From positions 34,021 through 98,020 of the forward strand of contig JAKFWZ010000080.1 of NCBI GenBank assembly GCA_021731695.1: a stretch of 64,000 nt of DNA, written 5' to 3'. The position numbers were made by a program, and so were the translations under genes. Positions 1 through 10,200 of the stretch are shown piece by piece. The notes beneath the pieces were generated by a model. That model did no database searches and was not told where the DNA came from. It saw only the letters and a list, made by a program, of their open reading frames with translations. The first letter of the stretch is position 1; every line of letters begins with the position of its first letter. The stretch is from Candidatus Daviesbacteria bacterium. GTDB taxonomy: Bacteria; Patescibacteriota; Microgenomatia; Daviesbacterales; UBA10151.

Positions 1-120
1 TCCGGCTCTGTAAATTCTGCCTGTATCAATAAACTGGTAACCTATTTTTTGAGAGAAAAGGAATCCGACGGAAGATTTTCCGGAAGAAGTAGGACCATCA
101 ATGGTTATAACATTCGGCAC
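1..120 (-). CDS. cmk: cytidylate kinase, N-terminal fragment (gene continues beyond window edge)
   Basis: minus-strand translation from GTG at 120: MPNVITIDGPTSSGKSSVGFLFSQKIGYQFIDTGRIYRAG, a P-loop matching Cmk N-terminus; not in the ORF track because it runs off the window. Confidence 0.5.
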   Translation of the reverse strand, partial: MPNVITIDGPTSSGKSSVGFLFSQKIGYQFIDTGRIYRAG

Positions 121-172
121 TAAAGAGAGATTATATTTGTTCTGGATTAATGTATCAAGTCGAATGATTTAA

Positions 173-655
173 TTAGGGATTTCTAAGTGTAACCCTTACT
201 TGATTTACTGGACCAGTACTATTTGTATGAAACACCCTACCCGCCCCTTTTACACCGCCAGCTCTTCTTCTTTCTCTTAAAACTGCTTCTTCAATAGAAT
301 CAACATTCCACCGGATCATTCTCGCTGAATTATTAAAAGAACTCCTTAAAACTGAATGCAAAACTCCCGATTTTATGTCTCCTGCTTCCATAACCCTCCT
401 CCTTACATCTTTAGCTAACTGCTCTCGCTCTAATGATCCTTCGGGGTCATTCACATTATAAAGATAAAAATCGTTATACCTTTTATCTCCCCAATGACCC
501 CGCGTAACTTCATCTGCTTTTTGAACTAATTCCAGTGCGCCCGTCCTTATCGCATCCTGAATAGGCGCATCTAATGTTTGAAATCTATTTATAGGTTGCG
601 TGGATTTTCCCACAACCCTTGTTAAATATTCTTCTCTATCAGCCTCATTTACCAT
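173..655 (-). CDS. hypothetical protein (160 aa)
   Basis: complete ORF, no family recognised. Confidence 0.35.
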   Translation of the reverse strand: MVNEADREEYLTRVVGKSTQPINRFQTLDAPIQDAIRTGALELVQKADEVTRGHWGDKRYNDFYLYNVNDPEGSLEREQLAKDVRRRVMEAGDIKSGVLHSVLRSSFNNSARMIRWNVDSIEEAVLRERRRAGGVKGAGRVFHTNSTGPVNQVRVTLRNP

Positions 656-685
656 AACCAGATTATACAGAAATTATTACTATTA

Positions 686-2107
686 TCAACTTTTTTCATA
701 ATACTTTTTTCCTTTTAATTTCTCCGGCAGAAAGTCTTCATCACCATACATTTGATATCCTTTTCCATAATCCAATTCCTTCATTAATTTCGTCGGCGCA
801 TTTCTCAAATTTAGGGGAATCGGTAGATGACCGTACTGCTTTACGTCCTCTAAGGCTTTAAAATATGCATCATAAGATCTGCGGTCCTTTTTAGCTGAGG
901 CCAAATAAACTACACCGTGGGCTAAATTAATCTGGCATTCAGGTAGCCCTATTGTTTCACAAGCTCTAAATACTTCATTTGCCACAACTAAAGCAGGCTG
1001 TGCCATTCCGATATCTTCTGAGGCAAAAATGACCATTCGTCTGGCAATAAACAAAGCATCTTCACCTGCATCAACCATCCTTGCAAGATAATACAAAGCC
1101 GCGTCAATATTAGAAGCCCGCATTGATTTTATAAACGCAGAAATTGTGTTGTAGTGGTCTTCACCCGCTTTATCATAAGAAAGTGCTTTTTTCTGAATCG
1201 CTTCCTCGATCAACTCTTTCGAGATAATACCCCTCATCCTAACCTTCTCCCTTAAGGGAGAAGGAACTAATGCACTCCCCTCTCTTTTGAGGGCTGAAGC
1301 AGTGAATCCTGCTTCAGCGGGTTCGACCCTTCGAGGGTCAGGGAGAGGTGGATGCGACTCAGGATTTAAGCCCTGTGCAGCTATCTCAAGCGTATTTAAA
1401 ATCATTCTGCCGTCGCCGTTTGATATCTGGATTAAAAGTTTTTTAGCATCTGGCATAATCTTCGCTTTTAATTCTTTAAGTCCTTTAACAATCATCAAAT
1501 TTAAATCTTCTTCGGTCAATTGCTCTAAAACAAAAACTCTTGATCTTGATAAAAGCGGATTTATAATTTCAAACGACGGGTTTTCTGTCGTGGCGCCAAT
1601 TAAAATTATTGTCCCGTTTTCTACGAAAGGCAAAAATGCATCCTGTTGAGCTTTATTAAATCTGTGAATTTCATCGATAAATATCACTACCTTGTCATCG
1701 CGTAGCGAGATCGCGGAGGCGTCATTACGAGCAAACAACGTTTGCGTAGTAATCTTAAAGATCGAAGGATCGCAAGCTTTGCTTATTTCACCAAGATCGC
1801 GACGTCTACTCGAAAGTCCAATGGACTTTCTCCCTCCTCGCGATGACTCAACTTGTTCAAATATCTTTTTTAACTCTGCAATTCCGGTCGTTACCGCAGA
1901 AAATTCCATAAATTCAGCTTCAATTTCACTCGCAATAATCCGCGCTAAAGTTGTTTTACCAACTCCGGGAGGTCCCCAAAAAATCATGGAAAAAATATTG
2001 CCGGATTTGATTGCTTTATAAAGTAATTTATCTTCGCCGATAATATGCTTTTGTCCAATAAATTCTGAAAGTTTTGAAGGTCTTAACCTGTCCGCCAGTG
2101 GATTCAT
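686..2107 (-). CDS. rarA: replication-associated recombination protein A (AAA+ ATPase) carrying two in-frame palindromic element insertions
   Basis: Walker [21 protein letters not shown] box, MgsA C-terminal domain; inserts 1694-1825 and about 1243-1352. Confidence 0.9.
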   Translation of the reverse strand: MNPLADRLRPSKLSEFIGQKHIIGEDKLLYKAIKSGNIFSMIFWGPPGVGKTTLARIIASEIEAEFMEFSAVTTGIAELKKIFEQVESSRGGRKSIGLSSRRRDLGEISKACDPSIFKITTQTLFARNDASAISLRDDKVVIFIDEIHRFNKAQQDAFLPFVENGTIILIGATTENPSFEIINPLLSRSRVFVLEQLTEEDLNLMIVKGLKELKAKIMPDAKKLLIQISNGDGRMILNTLEIAAQGLNPESHPPLPDPRRVEPAEAGFTASALKREGSALVPSPLREKVRMRGIISKELIEEAIQKKALSYDKAGEDHYNTISAFIKSMRASNIDAALYYLARMVDAGEDALFIARRMVIFASEDIGMAQPALVVANEVFRACETIGLPECQINLAHGVVYLASAKKDRRSYDAYFKALEDVKQYGHLPIPLNLRNAPTKLMKELDYGKGYQMYGDEDFLPEKLKGKKYYEKS

Positions 2108-2225
2108 AATAGTCTCCTAACCATAAGCCGCGAACTCCGTGCCATACGCAATCCAATATATCCGAAAATTAAACGAATATCAAGAAATTTGATTATGAAA
2201 TTAGGATGGATTACACTTCTTAAAT

Positions 2226-2594
2226 ATGGAAAATCCATTCGCAAAAATACTTGATGCACTTGAGCAAAAAGCAGCCAAATGCCAAAAGGTAAGGCGTGCT
2301 CGGAGGGCTAACAGAATATCTTACAAATTGTTTCTTCGTCAGATGACTGAAGTAGGCAGGGACAAACTTTTAATCAAACTAACTGATCCAGTTACAGACA
2401 TACAACATGCGAGGGAAGTAGCAAAAATAATGAGGGTTGATGATCCGTCCGGTATCATGCCTGAACTTAGATGGATGCAACACAACGGATTACTAGTCAT
2501 GCACGGTCCTGAAAATCCGCCTGACTTAGACAGTATTATTATACCAACAGTTCCTGCTTTGCATCTAAGAACACTGCTTCTGCATCAAAAATGA
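2226..2594 (+). CDS. hypothetical protein (122 aa)
   Basis: ORF on opposite strand between rarA and cysS; no recognisable domain. Confidence 0.3.
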   Translation: MENPFAKILDALEQKAAKCQKVRRARRANRISYKLFLRQMTEVGRDKLLIKLTDPVTDIQHAREVAKIMRVDDPSGIMPELRWMQHNGLLVMHGPENPPDLDSIIIPTVPALHLRTLLLHQK

Positions 2595-3992
2595 TCAGGA
2601 AATTATCTTCACTTTAACTCCGTTAACAAAATCCTCTATTTCATACCCCATCTTCTTAATTTCTTTCCTTAATTCATCAGATTTTTCAAAATCTTTTTCT
2701 TCTCTCGCCTTTTCTCTTTGATTTAGCAGTTTTTGAACTTCCGCAGGTATCTCAATTTTTTTACCTACGTAATCAGAAAGTCCTAATCCCAAAACTTTAT
2801 CCATTTCTAAAATTGTTGCGGCTTTTTCGCCGGATGCAAAATCAGACTTCACCATTTCCCAAACAACAGCTAATGCTTTTGAAGTATTTAAATCCTCACC
2901 CAATGCATTAAGAAATTTCTCTGAAACATCCTTCGACACCTTCGACTCCTCCGACACATTCGAATTCCAATCCCTAACAATTTCTCTTAAATTATTTAGA
3001 GCAGTTTGACCGGCTTGCAAAGAATCCCAGGAAAAGTTTAGTTCTTCCCTATAATGAGCTGTTAAAAATAAATATCTTAGCGCTAGAGGATCAAACCCTT
3101 TAGCTCTTATATCATCAATAGTATAGAGATTTTTAAGAGATTTGCTCATTTTAACTTGATCAATTCTCAGGAAATTATGATGAACCCAATATCTGACAAA
3201 TTGCTCTCCGGTCGCTGCCTCTGATTGTGCTATCTCATTAGTATGATGGACAGGAATATGGTCTATTCCACCGGTGTGAATATCTAACGTATTGCCCAAA
3301 TACTCCATGCTCATAGCAGAACACTCTATATGCCAGCCGGGAAAACCTTCTCCCCACGGAGAATTCCATCTCATGACATGATCTTTGAAATGACCCACGG
3401 TAAAAAACCAAAGAGCAAAATCCGCAGGGTTTTTCTTTTTTGGATCAACTCTAACATCCTGTCTCACGCCAACAGTTTTTTCCTCTAATTTCTGACCTGT
3501 CAATTTTCCGTAGTTGGGAAATTTGGAAACATCAAAATAAATTGCCTGCTCTGTTTGATAAATAAAGCCTTTTTTTTCTAGAATTTGTATTAACTTGATC
3601 TGTTCTTTAATGTGATCTGTGGCTTTGACTAAATTATCAGGTGGATAAATATTTAAAGCTAAGGTAGATTTTATGAAATAATCAGTGAAATATTTGGCAA
3701 CTTCCCAAACCGATTCATTTCTTTCCTTAGCACCTTTTTCTAACTTATCATCTCCTTGATCTTCATCTGAAGTTAAATGCCCAACATCAGTTATGTTCAT
3801 CACATGTTTTACTTCATAACCATAAGCGACTAAAACTCTGACCAAAATATCATCGCTTGTATATTTTCTTAAATGACCAATATGGGTGTAGCCGTAAACA
3901 GTCGGTCCGCAGGTATACATTCCGACCTTCCTAGATTCCAGGGAAATAAATTCTTCAAGTTTACGGGATAAAGTGTTGTAAATCTTTAACAT
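2595..3992 (-). CDS. cysS: cysteinyl-tRNA synthetase
   Basis: class I HIGH motif (TCGPTVYGYTHIGH) and KMSKS motif; in-frame CGACTC-type short tandem repeat at 2931-2970. Confidence 0.92.
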   Translation of the reverse strand: MLKIYNTLSRKLEEFISLESRKVGMYTCGPTVYGYTHIGHLRKYTSDDILVRVLVAYGYEVKHVMNITDVGHLTSDEDQGDDKLEKGAKERNESVWEVAKYFTDYFIKSTLALNIYPPDNLVKATDHIKEQIKLIQILEKKGFIYQTEQAIYFDVSKFPNYGKLTGQKLEEKTVGVRQDVRVDPKKKNPADFALWFFTVGHFKDHVMRWNSPWGEGFPGWHIECSAMSMEYLGNTLDIHTGGIDHIPVHHTNEIAQSEAATGEQFVRYWVHHNFLRIDQVKMSKSLKNLYTIDDIRAKGFDPLALRYLFLTAHYREELNFSWDSLQAGQTALNNLREIVRDWNSNVSEESKVSKDVSEKFLNALGEDLNTSKALAVVWEMVKSDFASGEKAATILEMDKVLGLGLSDYVGKKIEIPAEVQKLLNQREKAREEKDFEKSDELRKEIKKMGYEIEDFVNGVKVKIIS

Positions 3993-4121
3993 GGGATGAT
4001 TTTAGTAAATGAGGATTACTTTTACCATATGGAAAATCGTCATTGCGATATCATGAAATGAAGAAGCAATCTCAGTACACTCTGGGATTGCCGCGTCGCA
4101 AGCTCCTCGCAATGACGCAAA

Positions 4122-4628
4122 CTAACCCCCAACTCCCAATTTTCTCTCTGCTTTTGTTTGCTCGGCTTTAATATGTTCTTCCTGAAAACTTTGCTCCTTA
4201 TCCTGCTTTTTCACTTGCTCTTCCTGCTTCTTTTGTTCTTCAACCTGAAGTGTTTCCTGTTTCTTTTGTTCTTCTTCGTGCTTCTTTTGCTTATATCTTT
4301 GCTCATCTTCAGCCATTTGATTTAGGAATTGTTTAACATTGGCTAATTTTTTCTGATCTTCTGCTTTACTCTTTGCTTCATTCATTTGCTGCTGCTGATT
4401 TTGTGCAGGGTCAGAAGACGCGGTAAAAGCCTGAGCTGCAGTTTCTAATATATTCCCCATTTCATCTTTTAGATTAAAAGTTTCCTGAGGTTTTTGCGCA
4501 GGCTGTTGAGGTTGTGCCTGAGCTTGCGGATCCAGTGTTTGTTGAGGCTGTTGAATTGGTTGATTTGTCTCAACATCTTCAAATTCATTGGACTCTTCTG
4601 TTGTTGGTGATTTTGTAGTATCAAACAT
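4122..4628 (-). CDS. Q/E/K-rich low-complexity coiled-coil protein
   Basis: ORF with PQQ and EEQKKQ repeats; may be fast-evolving or spurious. Confidence 0.4.
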   Translation of the reverse strand: MFDTTKSPTTEESNEFEDVETNQPIQQPQQTLDPQAQAQPQQPAQKPQETFNLKDEMGNILETAAQAFTASSDPAQNQQQQMNEAKSKAEDQKKLANVKQFLNQMAEDEQRYKQKKHEEEQKKQETLQVEEQKKQEEQVKKQDKEQSFQEEHIKAEQTKAERKLGVGG

Positions 4629-4659
4629 AATATGAATAAACCAATAAACAAATATAACA

Positions 4660-4794
4660 AATGAAGCACCACGGGCTTACGCCCGTGGTTTCTTCTAGCT
4701 TCAAGCGGCTAAGGTCGCTTGTCCTCACACTACGTGTTCGGAAAATCTTCATCCGCGAGCTAATGCTCGTGGTTTTAAGATTTGTCGCTATAAA
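4660..4794 (+). repeat. 135-bp structured element, copy 1 (100% identical to 46761-46895)
   Basis: direct comparison of both loci; contains hairpins ccacgggc-ttac-gcccgtgg and cgcgagc-taat-gctcgtg. Confidence 0.9.
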
Positions 4795-4858
4795 CCAATT
4801 CCCAATGTTTTTTAATTGGAAATTTGAAATTGGCTTTATTGGTTTATTGGCTTTATTT
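4795..4858. repeat. CCAAT/ATTGG-rich intergenic palindromic element
   Basis: aaaccaattcccaat ... aattggctttattggtttattgg; same family at 12132, 34625, 39888, 60233. Confidence 0.6.
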
Positions 4859-4861
4859 TAA

Positions 4862-5458
4862 TCAGTATTCCTTTCGTCCTTCTAGGGCTCTTCTGAGCGT
4901 TGTCTCATCAGCATACTCCAAATCTCCTCCTACAGGAAGCCCGCGGGCAATTCTTGTGACCTTAATTCCAAGAGGCTTTATCAGCCTTTCAATATACATC
5001 GCCGTCGCTTCCCCTTCCATTGTCGGATTTGTGGCTACGATTATTTCAATAACTTCTTCTGATTTTAAACGGGGTAAAAGTTGTTTAATATAGAGCTCTT
5101 CCGGACCGATATTATCTAAAGGAGAAATTACGCCATGCAAGACATGATAAAGTCCTTTAAAATTTGCCCGTTCCATAGCGAGGACATCTAAGGGATCTTC
5201 AACAATCGCAATTAAAGTCCTGTCCCGACTGCCGTCTTGGTCAATTTCACAGGGATCAGTTTCTGAAATATTAAAACAAGTCTGACAAAGAACAGTTTTT
5301 TCCTTTAAAGCAATAGCAGCAGTTGCAAGCATTTCAGCTTCTTCTTTTGGTGCGTGAAGTAAATGATAAGTTAATCGTTGTGCAGATTTGGGACCAATGC
5401 CGGGGAGCCTTTCAAAAGCCTCAATTAAATCTCGAACAACTCGAGGTATAGTAGCCAT
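4862..5458 (-). CDS. recR: recombination protein RecR
   Basis: HhH N-terminus, C4 zinc finger (CQTCFNISETDPCEIC-like), Toprim domain. Confidence 0.9.
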   Translation of the reverse strand: MATIPRVVRDLIEAFERLPGIGPKSAQRLTYHLLHAPKEEAEMLATAAIALKEKTVLCQTCFNISETDPCEIDQDGSRDRTLIAIVEDPLDVLAMERANFKGLYHVLHGVISPLDNIGPEELYIKQLLPRLKSEEVIEIIVATNPTMEGEATAMYIERLIKPLGIKVTRIARGLPVGGDLEYADETTLRRALEGRKEY

Positions 5459-5540
5459 AACAAAATGTATTATGTATCAGGTATTATGTATTATGCAATC
5501 ATGCTACCACGATTAAAGATTAATGATTTATGATTAAAGA

Positions 5541-5921
5541 ATGAAGAACGGCAAGATCGAAACTTTTACAGATTTGAATGTCTGGAGAGAGGGGCATAAA
5601 TTAGTAATCATGATTTATGCAATTACAAAAGGATTTCCCAGAGAAGAAGTTTATTCGTTAGTAGATCAGATGCGTAGAGCAGCAGCTTCAATTACTGCAA
5701 ATATAGCAGAGGGTTTCGGGAGACAAGGCTATAAAGAAAAAGTTCAGTTTTATTATCTGTCAAAAGGATCTTTAGCGGAATTAAAAAATTTCATTCTAAT
5801 CTCAAAGGATGTAGGGTATCTATCAGAAAAAGATTTTAATTTACTTGTAAGTCAAGCAAATTTGGTAGATCAAATCCTTTCGGGCTTTATCAGAAAAAGC
5901 AAAACATTCATTAATCGTTAA
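5541..5921 (+). CDS. four-helix-bundle protein (TIGR02436 / 23S rRNA IVS protein, Avd-like)
   Basis: typical 120-aa family signature (EGFGRQ, SKGSLAEL); flanked by ATTAATC-type inverted repeats. Confidence 0.75.
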   Translation: MKNGKIETFTDLNVWREGHKLVIMIYAITKGFPREEVYSLVDQMRRAAASITANIAEGFGRQGYKEKVQFYYLSKGSLAELKNFILISKDVGYLSEKDFNLLVSQANLVDQILSGFIRKSKTFINR

Positions 5922-5942
5922 TCTATAATCATTAATCGACGA

Positions 5943-6221
5943 TTACATTCCCGGCAAACCCATACCGCCCATTAACCCGCGCATTTCTTCAGCTGCAATT
6001 TTTTGAGATTGTTTCAATGCCTCATTAACTGCTTCAGTAACTTTTGAAGGCTCCATATCGCCATCGATTGAAACAACTTTTTGATCTGCTGTTAAAACAA
6101 CTGTCACACCTTTATGCTCAACTGTGATTTTTATTGCAGATAGTTTTTTCTGAACTTCCATGGCCTGATCTCTCATCTTTTTGAGATCGCCCATTTGTTT
6201 CATTGAATCCATGAATCCCAT
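5943..6221 (-). CDS. ybaB: nucleoid-associated protein YbaB/EbfC
   Basis: 92 aa with conserved GGMGLPGM C-terminus and the recR-ybaB-dnaX neighbourhood. Confidence 0.85.
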   Translation of the reverse strand: MGFMDSMKQMGDLKKMRDQAMEVQKKLSAIKITVEHKGVTVVLTADQKVVSIDGDMEPSKVTEAVNEALKQSQKIAAEEMRGLMGGMGLPGM

Positions 6222-6281
6222 ATGAAAAGTATTATAAACAAATCATCCGCAAAAAGCGAGCCTGTTTCTGTTTTAAAACTG

Positions 6282-6465
6282 CGAGCTTAGAAACAAAGAC
6301 CGTAAAGATTTTGCGAAGGAGCTATCAGGGGAAAAGCGGACTCTGACGATTAGTCAGATGTCCGAAGGGGCAACCTCCCCGATTAGCGACTGAGAAAAAT
6401 TAGGCCGACTTTCCAGCGAGCAGAGTTTTGGTACTTTTGCGGTCAAAAGTACAAAGAAAGAATTT
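6282..6465 (+). repeat. Family-2 about 200-bp repeat element, copy A (TTTTGCGGTCAAAAG hairpin family)
   Basis: shares the tcagggga core and terminal hairpin gtacttttg-cggt-caaaagtac with copies at 9986, 10201, 27355, 42484. Confidence 0.8.
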
Positions 6466-6505
6466 TGCCATCAAAAGTGGCTAAAAAATATAACTGGATC
6501 CCAGA

Positions 6506-7186
6506 TCAAGTCTGGGATGACAAAGTTATTGCCTCTGCTTTCACTTCATCCAATATCCCAAACTCTTCTTCTCTGATAACTCTCTCCGTTCTTTGAATCG
6601 GCACAAGCTCCCCAGATCTCTCAACCCCAGCCCAAAACTCTGCATTCACATTCCGCTCTATTTCTTTTGCTCTTTCTTGCAAACTTTCTGGTGTGTCATC
6701 TTTTAAAATATCAAATGGTTTGTATATGACTAAATCTCCTTTGTCAAACTCTGGCGAAACTAAATGAATACATATTTCACTATTGAATTCACGGTTTACT
6801 CTTTTAGAAAAATTGAGCACTGCAACATGAACCGCTAGACCTTTCATCCCTTTGCCCCCAAAGTCTGGATGACCGGGATCCAGAGGAGCAGAATGACTAT
6901 TCGTCATTTTGCCTTGATATTTATTCACAACATTTAAAGGAGTCAACAATTCCCAGCCATTATGAGAAATAAAGTCAACCTTATATTTATTAAAGATTGT
7001 AAGTAGCTCCTCACCAAATGCTTCAGATTCCTTACCCTGCCGCAGAACAATTTCGACCGGTACTCCTGCATTTTTTGCTCTTTGAATTATTCCTGCCTGA
7101 GGATTATTCGTTACAACAACCGCCGCATATTTAAACAGAACTTCTGCAGTTGTTCCCTGACCTGATGCTAAAATTGCTAATTTCAT
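6506..7186 (-). CDS. purN: formyltransferase, PurN-like (phosphoribosylglycinamide formyltransferase family)
   Basis: Formyl_trans_N fold (MKLAILASGQGT ...); divergent around the catalytic loop; clustered with folD and glyA. Confidence 0.6.
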   Translation of the reverse strand: MKLAILASGQGTTAEVLFKYAAVVVTNNPQAGIIQRAKNAGVPVEIVLRQGKESEAFGEELLTIFNKYKVDFISHNGWELLTPLNVVNKYQGKMTNSHSAPLDPGHPDFGGKGMKGLAVHVAVLNFSKRVNREFNSEICIHLVSPEFDKGDLVIYKPFDILKDDTPESLQERAKEIERNVNAEFWAGVERSGELVPIQRTERVIREEEFGILDEVKAEAITLSSQT

Positions 7187-7191
7187 ATGAC

Positions 7192-7271
7192 GTCATTCCC
7201 GCGGAGGCGGGAATCCAATAAATAATACTTGGTCGGAATAATCAAGATTGCGACGCTTCGCTCGCAATGAC
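7192..7271. repeat. Family-1 palindromic element (GTCATT...AATGAC modules), intergenic copy
   Basis: gtcattcccgcggaggcgggaat ... aatcaagattgcgacgcttcgctcgcaatgac; begins 6 nt after the purN start codon. Confidence 0.8.
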
Positions 7272-7300
7272 ATGCTTTAGCAATAAAACAATTTAGCAAT

Positions 7301-8224
7301 TTAACCATTTTTTGACGCCTCCAGTATATTTTCCATCAAAGAATAAATAGTCATTGGTCCGACTCCGCCGAATTTAGGGGTATACATTTTAGCTTTTTCA
7401 TAAGTACTGGGGTCAAAATCCCCTAGGCCTACATCTATTAATATTGCACCCTCTTTTATCATTTCGGAATTAACCAGACTCTGAACTCCGGTGCAGGAAA
7501 TAACCACATCTGCTTCCTGCAAATCATCAAAATTGCAGTCAGGATTTCTTTTATCGAGGCGCAGGATTTTATGGGCATTTTTCATACTTAATTGCTCAAC
7601 TAAAGGTTTTCCCACTTCGCCTTCTGAACCGACAACCCCAAAAACTGTTTCTTTATACCAATTTTCGTCATCGCGAAGCGAGATCGCGGAGGCGTCATCG
7701 CGAAGCGAGATCGCGGAGGCGTCATCGCGAGGTGCTTTCTCCGAAGCAATCTCAGAGCTTACGGGGATTGCTTCTTCACTTCGTGATATCGCAATGACTT
7801 CTTCCAGAATCTTCATAACACCCAAAACAGTCGCTGAGACAAATGGGCTGTCTTCTTTCATTCCGTCAATATCTTTTTTCGAATCAATTAAATTAATCAA
7901 ATCCCATTTTGTTTTATCTTTCAAAAAGTCTCTGCTCAGAGGAAGTTGAATCATTATCCCCTTAACCTCGTCGGTTTCGTTTAAACTCCGAATCTTTTTA
8001 GCAACATTTTCAAAGGAAGTATTAACAGAAAATTTCATAGGCAAAAAGTCGATGTAAAATTCATCGGCTTTTTTCTGCTTCATTTGGGTATATAAAAGAG
8101 AATTGGGATCACTGCCGATTAAAATGCTCACTACAAGAGGCCGTTCCTTTAAGGCACCTAATTTAGTTTTTAATTTGTCACCCAGCCTATCAGCTAAAGC
8201 TTTTCCGTCAATAATTTGAGACAT
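7301..8224 (-). CDS. folD: bifunctional methylenetetrahydrofolate dehydrogenase/cyclohydrolase with tandem in-frame element insertion
   Basis: FolD signature (IIDGKALA, QLPLP-like, GVGPMT); insert 7666-7803 encodes AIPVSSEIAS...[20 protein letters not shown]. Confidence 0.85.
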   Translation of the reverse strand: MSQIIDGKALADRLGDKLKTKLGALKERPLVVSILIGSDPNSLLYTQMKQKKADEFYIDFLPMKFSVNTSFENVAKKIRSLNETDEVKGIMIQLPLSRDFLKDKTKWDLINLIDSKKDIDGMKEDSPFVSATVLGVMKILEEVIAISRSEEAIPVSSEIASEKAPRDDASAISLRDDASAISLRDDENWYKETVFGVVGSEGEVGKPLVEQLSMKNAHKILRLDKRNPDCNFDDLQEADVVISCTGVQSLVNSEMIKEGAILIDVGLGDFDPSTYEKAKMYTPKFGGVGPMTIYSLMENILEASKNG

Positions 8225-8278
8225 TACTATTAGTATATCTTATTGACACAGGAAAATTAAGCCTTATAATATTATATT

Positions 8279-8551
8279 ATGTCAAAAGAAAGCCCTGAGG
8301 GGAATAAAATCGTTAAGAGAATGGTTTCAAGCGGTCTTGCGATTTTCTTATTAACTCTTGCAACCTATACAGTGGATTCCGAAGTGAATTACAGGGAGAA
8401 TCCTAATGCAGGCTTTGCTAAAGGTGACAGATTAACAGGTCACCCCCAGTCTTATTTATTCGGATTATATGGAGGTTTGGGACTTGCAACTCTTGGTGTT
8501 GCAGCAGGAATTGCTGAATCAAGAAGAAGAATTGTTAGGGCTGCCGGTTAG
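8279..8551 (+). CDS. small membrane protein, hypothetical
   Basis: 90 aa, two predicted TM helices. Confidence 0.35.
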   Translation: MSKESPEGNKIVKRMVSSGLAIFLLTLATYTVDSEVNYRENPNAGFAKGDRLTGHPQSYLFGLYGGLGLATLGVAAGIAESRRRIVRAAG

Positions 8552-9873
8552 TCTATCCCGGGAACCGGGAACTTCTCTGTAAATTTCGCAATTTCCTTTT
8601 TAATTCTCAAAAGTTTTTTATTTCCGGCAATTTCCTTTTTAAAATTCCTAATATATTCAGCTCTTTGCTCTTTTTCTTTTGGAGTATCATGTCCTCTAAT
8701 CTCTTCCAAAGCCTCTTTAATCCAGGCTGCAATTTGCACCATTTCTTTTTCTTTCATTCCTCTTGTAGTCAGCGCCGGAGTACCGAGCCTTATTCCTGAA
8801 GGATAAAAAGGTGAAACCGGCTCGTTTGGAATGCTGTTTTTATTAACAGTAATTCCTGCAGTCTCAAGCGCGTACTGCCCCTGATAACCCATTCCGTAGC
8901 CATAATCTGTAAGACTCAAAAGTACAAGGTGAGTTTCGGAAATCGTTCCTAATTCTTTTGCCAGAACCGCAGCATTCTTTGCAATTTGTTCACCGTATTT
9001 CTTAAACGATGGCTTTAGCGCTTCCTCCAAACAAACTGCAATCGCAGCTGTTGTATGGTTATGAGGACCACCCTGCGCGCCCGGAATTAACGCCCTTTCG
9101 AGTTTGGTTTTAAGTTCAGGATCTTTTTTCATTCCGCGATCCGTAACCATAATCATCGCGCCTCTTGGACCTCTTAGCGTTTTATGCGTCGTAGTCATAA
9201 TAATGTCAACATATGGAACAGGTGATTCGTGTGCGCCGGCAATAATTAAACCGGTTATATGCGAACAATCTGCAACTAAAACTGCTCCGACTTTATCAGC
9301 AATTTTTCTGAATTTTTTATAATCAAGCTTAAAAGGGTATGCAGTTGTTCCGGCCCAAATTAACTTTGGCTTATGTTTAATCGCTAATTTTTCAAGTGCA
9401 TCAAAATCAATCTTCCAGTCCTTTCCAACCTCATAGTTCACGGCCTTATAAAAAATGCTTGAAAAACTTAAGTTCGCACCATGGGTTAAGTGGCCTCCAG
9501 ATGCAAGCGAAAGCCCCATAACCACATCTTTTGGTTCGCAAACTGCCATAGTGATGATTAAATTAGCCGGAGAACCTGAATATGGCTGAACAATTGCCGC
9601 GGGAACACTAAATAACTTCTTTGCTAAATCAATCGCATAATTTTCAATTTCATCAATAACCTCATTTCCGCCGTAATATCTTCTTCCCGGGAATCCTTCA
9701 GAATATTTATTAGTTAGAATTGAGCCTAAAGCCTGTAAGACTTCCGCTGAAACATAATTTTCAGAAGGTATCATTTCCAAGCCTTCTTTCTGACGGATTT
9801 CTTCTTTTTTGATAAGCGAATAGATCTTTGGGGAATTTTTCTTTAAAGCCGAATAGTTTATCGGGTTAGCCAT
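8548..9873 (-). CDS. glyA: serine hydroxymethyltransferase
   Basis: SHMT PLP-lysine motif TTTHKTLRGPRG and full-length homology. Confidence 0.92.
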   Translation of the reverse strand: MANPINYSALKKNSPKIYSLIKKEEIRQKEGLEMIPSENYVSAEVLQALGSILTNKYSEGFPGRRYYGGNEVIDEIENYAIDLAKKLFSVPAAIVQPYSGSPANLIITMAVCEPKDVVMGLSLASGGHLTHGANLSFSSIFYKAVNYEVGKDWKIDFDALEKLAIKHKPKLIWAGTTAYPFKLDYKKFRKIADKVGAVLVADCSHITGLIIAGAHESPVPYVDIIMTTTHKTLRGPRGAMIMVTDRGMKKDPELKTKLERALIPGAQGGPHNHTTAAIAVCLEEALKPSFKKYGEQIAKNAAVLAKELGTISETHLVLLSLTDYGYGMGYQGQYALETAGITVNKNSIPNEPVSPFYPSGIRLGTPALTTRGMKEKEMVQIAAWIKEALEEIRGHDTPKEKEQRAEYIRNFKKEIAGNKKLLRIKKEIAKFTEKFPVPGID

Positions 9874-9985
9874 TATGACTAGTGTAATTTACATTGAAGT
9901 TGATAAAGTGTCAATATGCGAGATAAGAGATACGTAAAACGAGATACGCTAACTCAAAGATGAATAGAATTTCCAAATAATTTTC

Positions 9986-10160
9986 CTTCCACTTTTGACG
10001 CAAAAGTGGAGCAAAACATACTCGCTGGAAAGTCGACCTAATTTTATTCAGTCGCTAATCGGGGAACCTTACCCCTTCGGCTTTTTTGCTAATCACAAAA
10101 AACCGAAATCCCCTGATAGCTCCTTCATAAAATCTTCACGGTCTTTGTTTCTAAGCTCGT
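9986..10160 (-). repeat. Family-2 repeat element, copy B (inverted orientation)
   Basis: reverse complement matches copies A/D/E; hairpin variant ccacttttg-acgc-caaaagtgg shows compensatory changes. Confidence 0.8.
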
Positions 10161-10200
10161 CTTTAAAAGGCTTTGATTTATTTGAACACAAAAATAAATT

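Noticed and set aside
1694-1825. Inteins or self-splicing introns as explanation for the in-frame inserts
   Set aside because: Inserts are only 100-140 nt (33-46 aa), lack intein blocks A/B/F/G and the terminal Cys/Ser ... His-Asn, and are far too short for group I or II introns. The same sequence also occurs in intergenic DNA.
1287-2021. Antisense ORFs inside rarA (1287-1649, 1692-2021) and similar antisense ORFs inside glyA, dnaX, topA, clpB, pyrG, mreB and others
   Set aside because: Fully embedded opposite to well-supported conserved genes, with no independent signals. Several are generated by the repeat insertions themselves.
4661-4861. ORFs 4661-4861 and 46720-46914 (MKHHGLTPVVSSSFKRL ...) as genes
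   Set aside because: Both are read-throughs of the identical 135-bp element. Identical protein from identical non-coding repeat DNA in two unrelated contexts.
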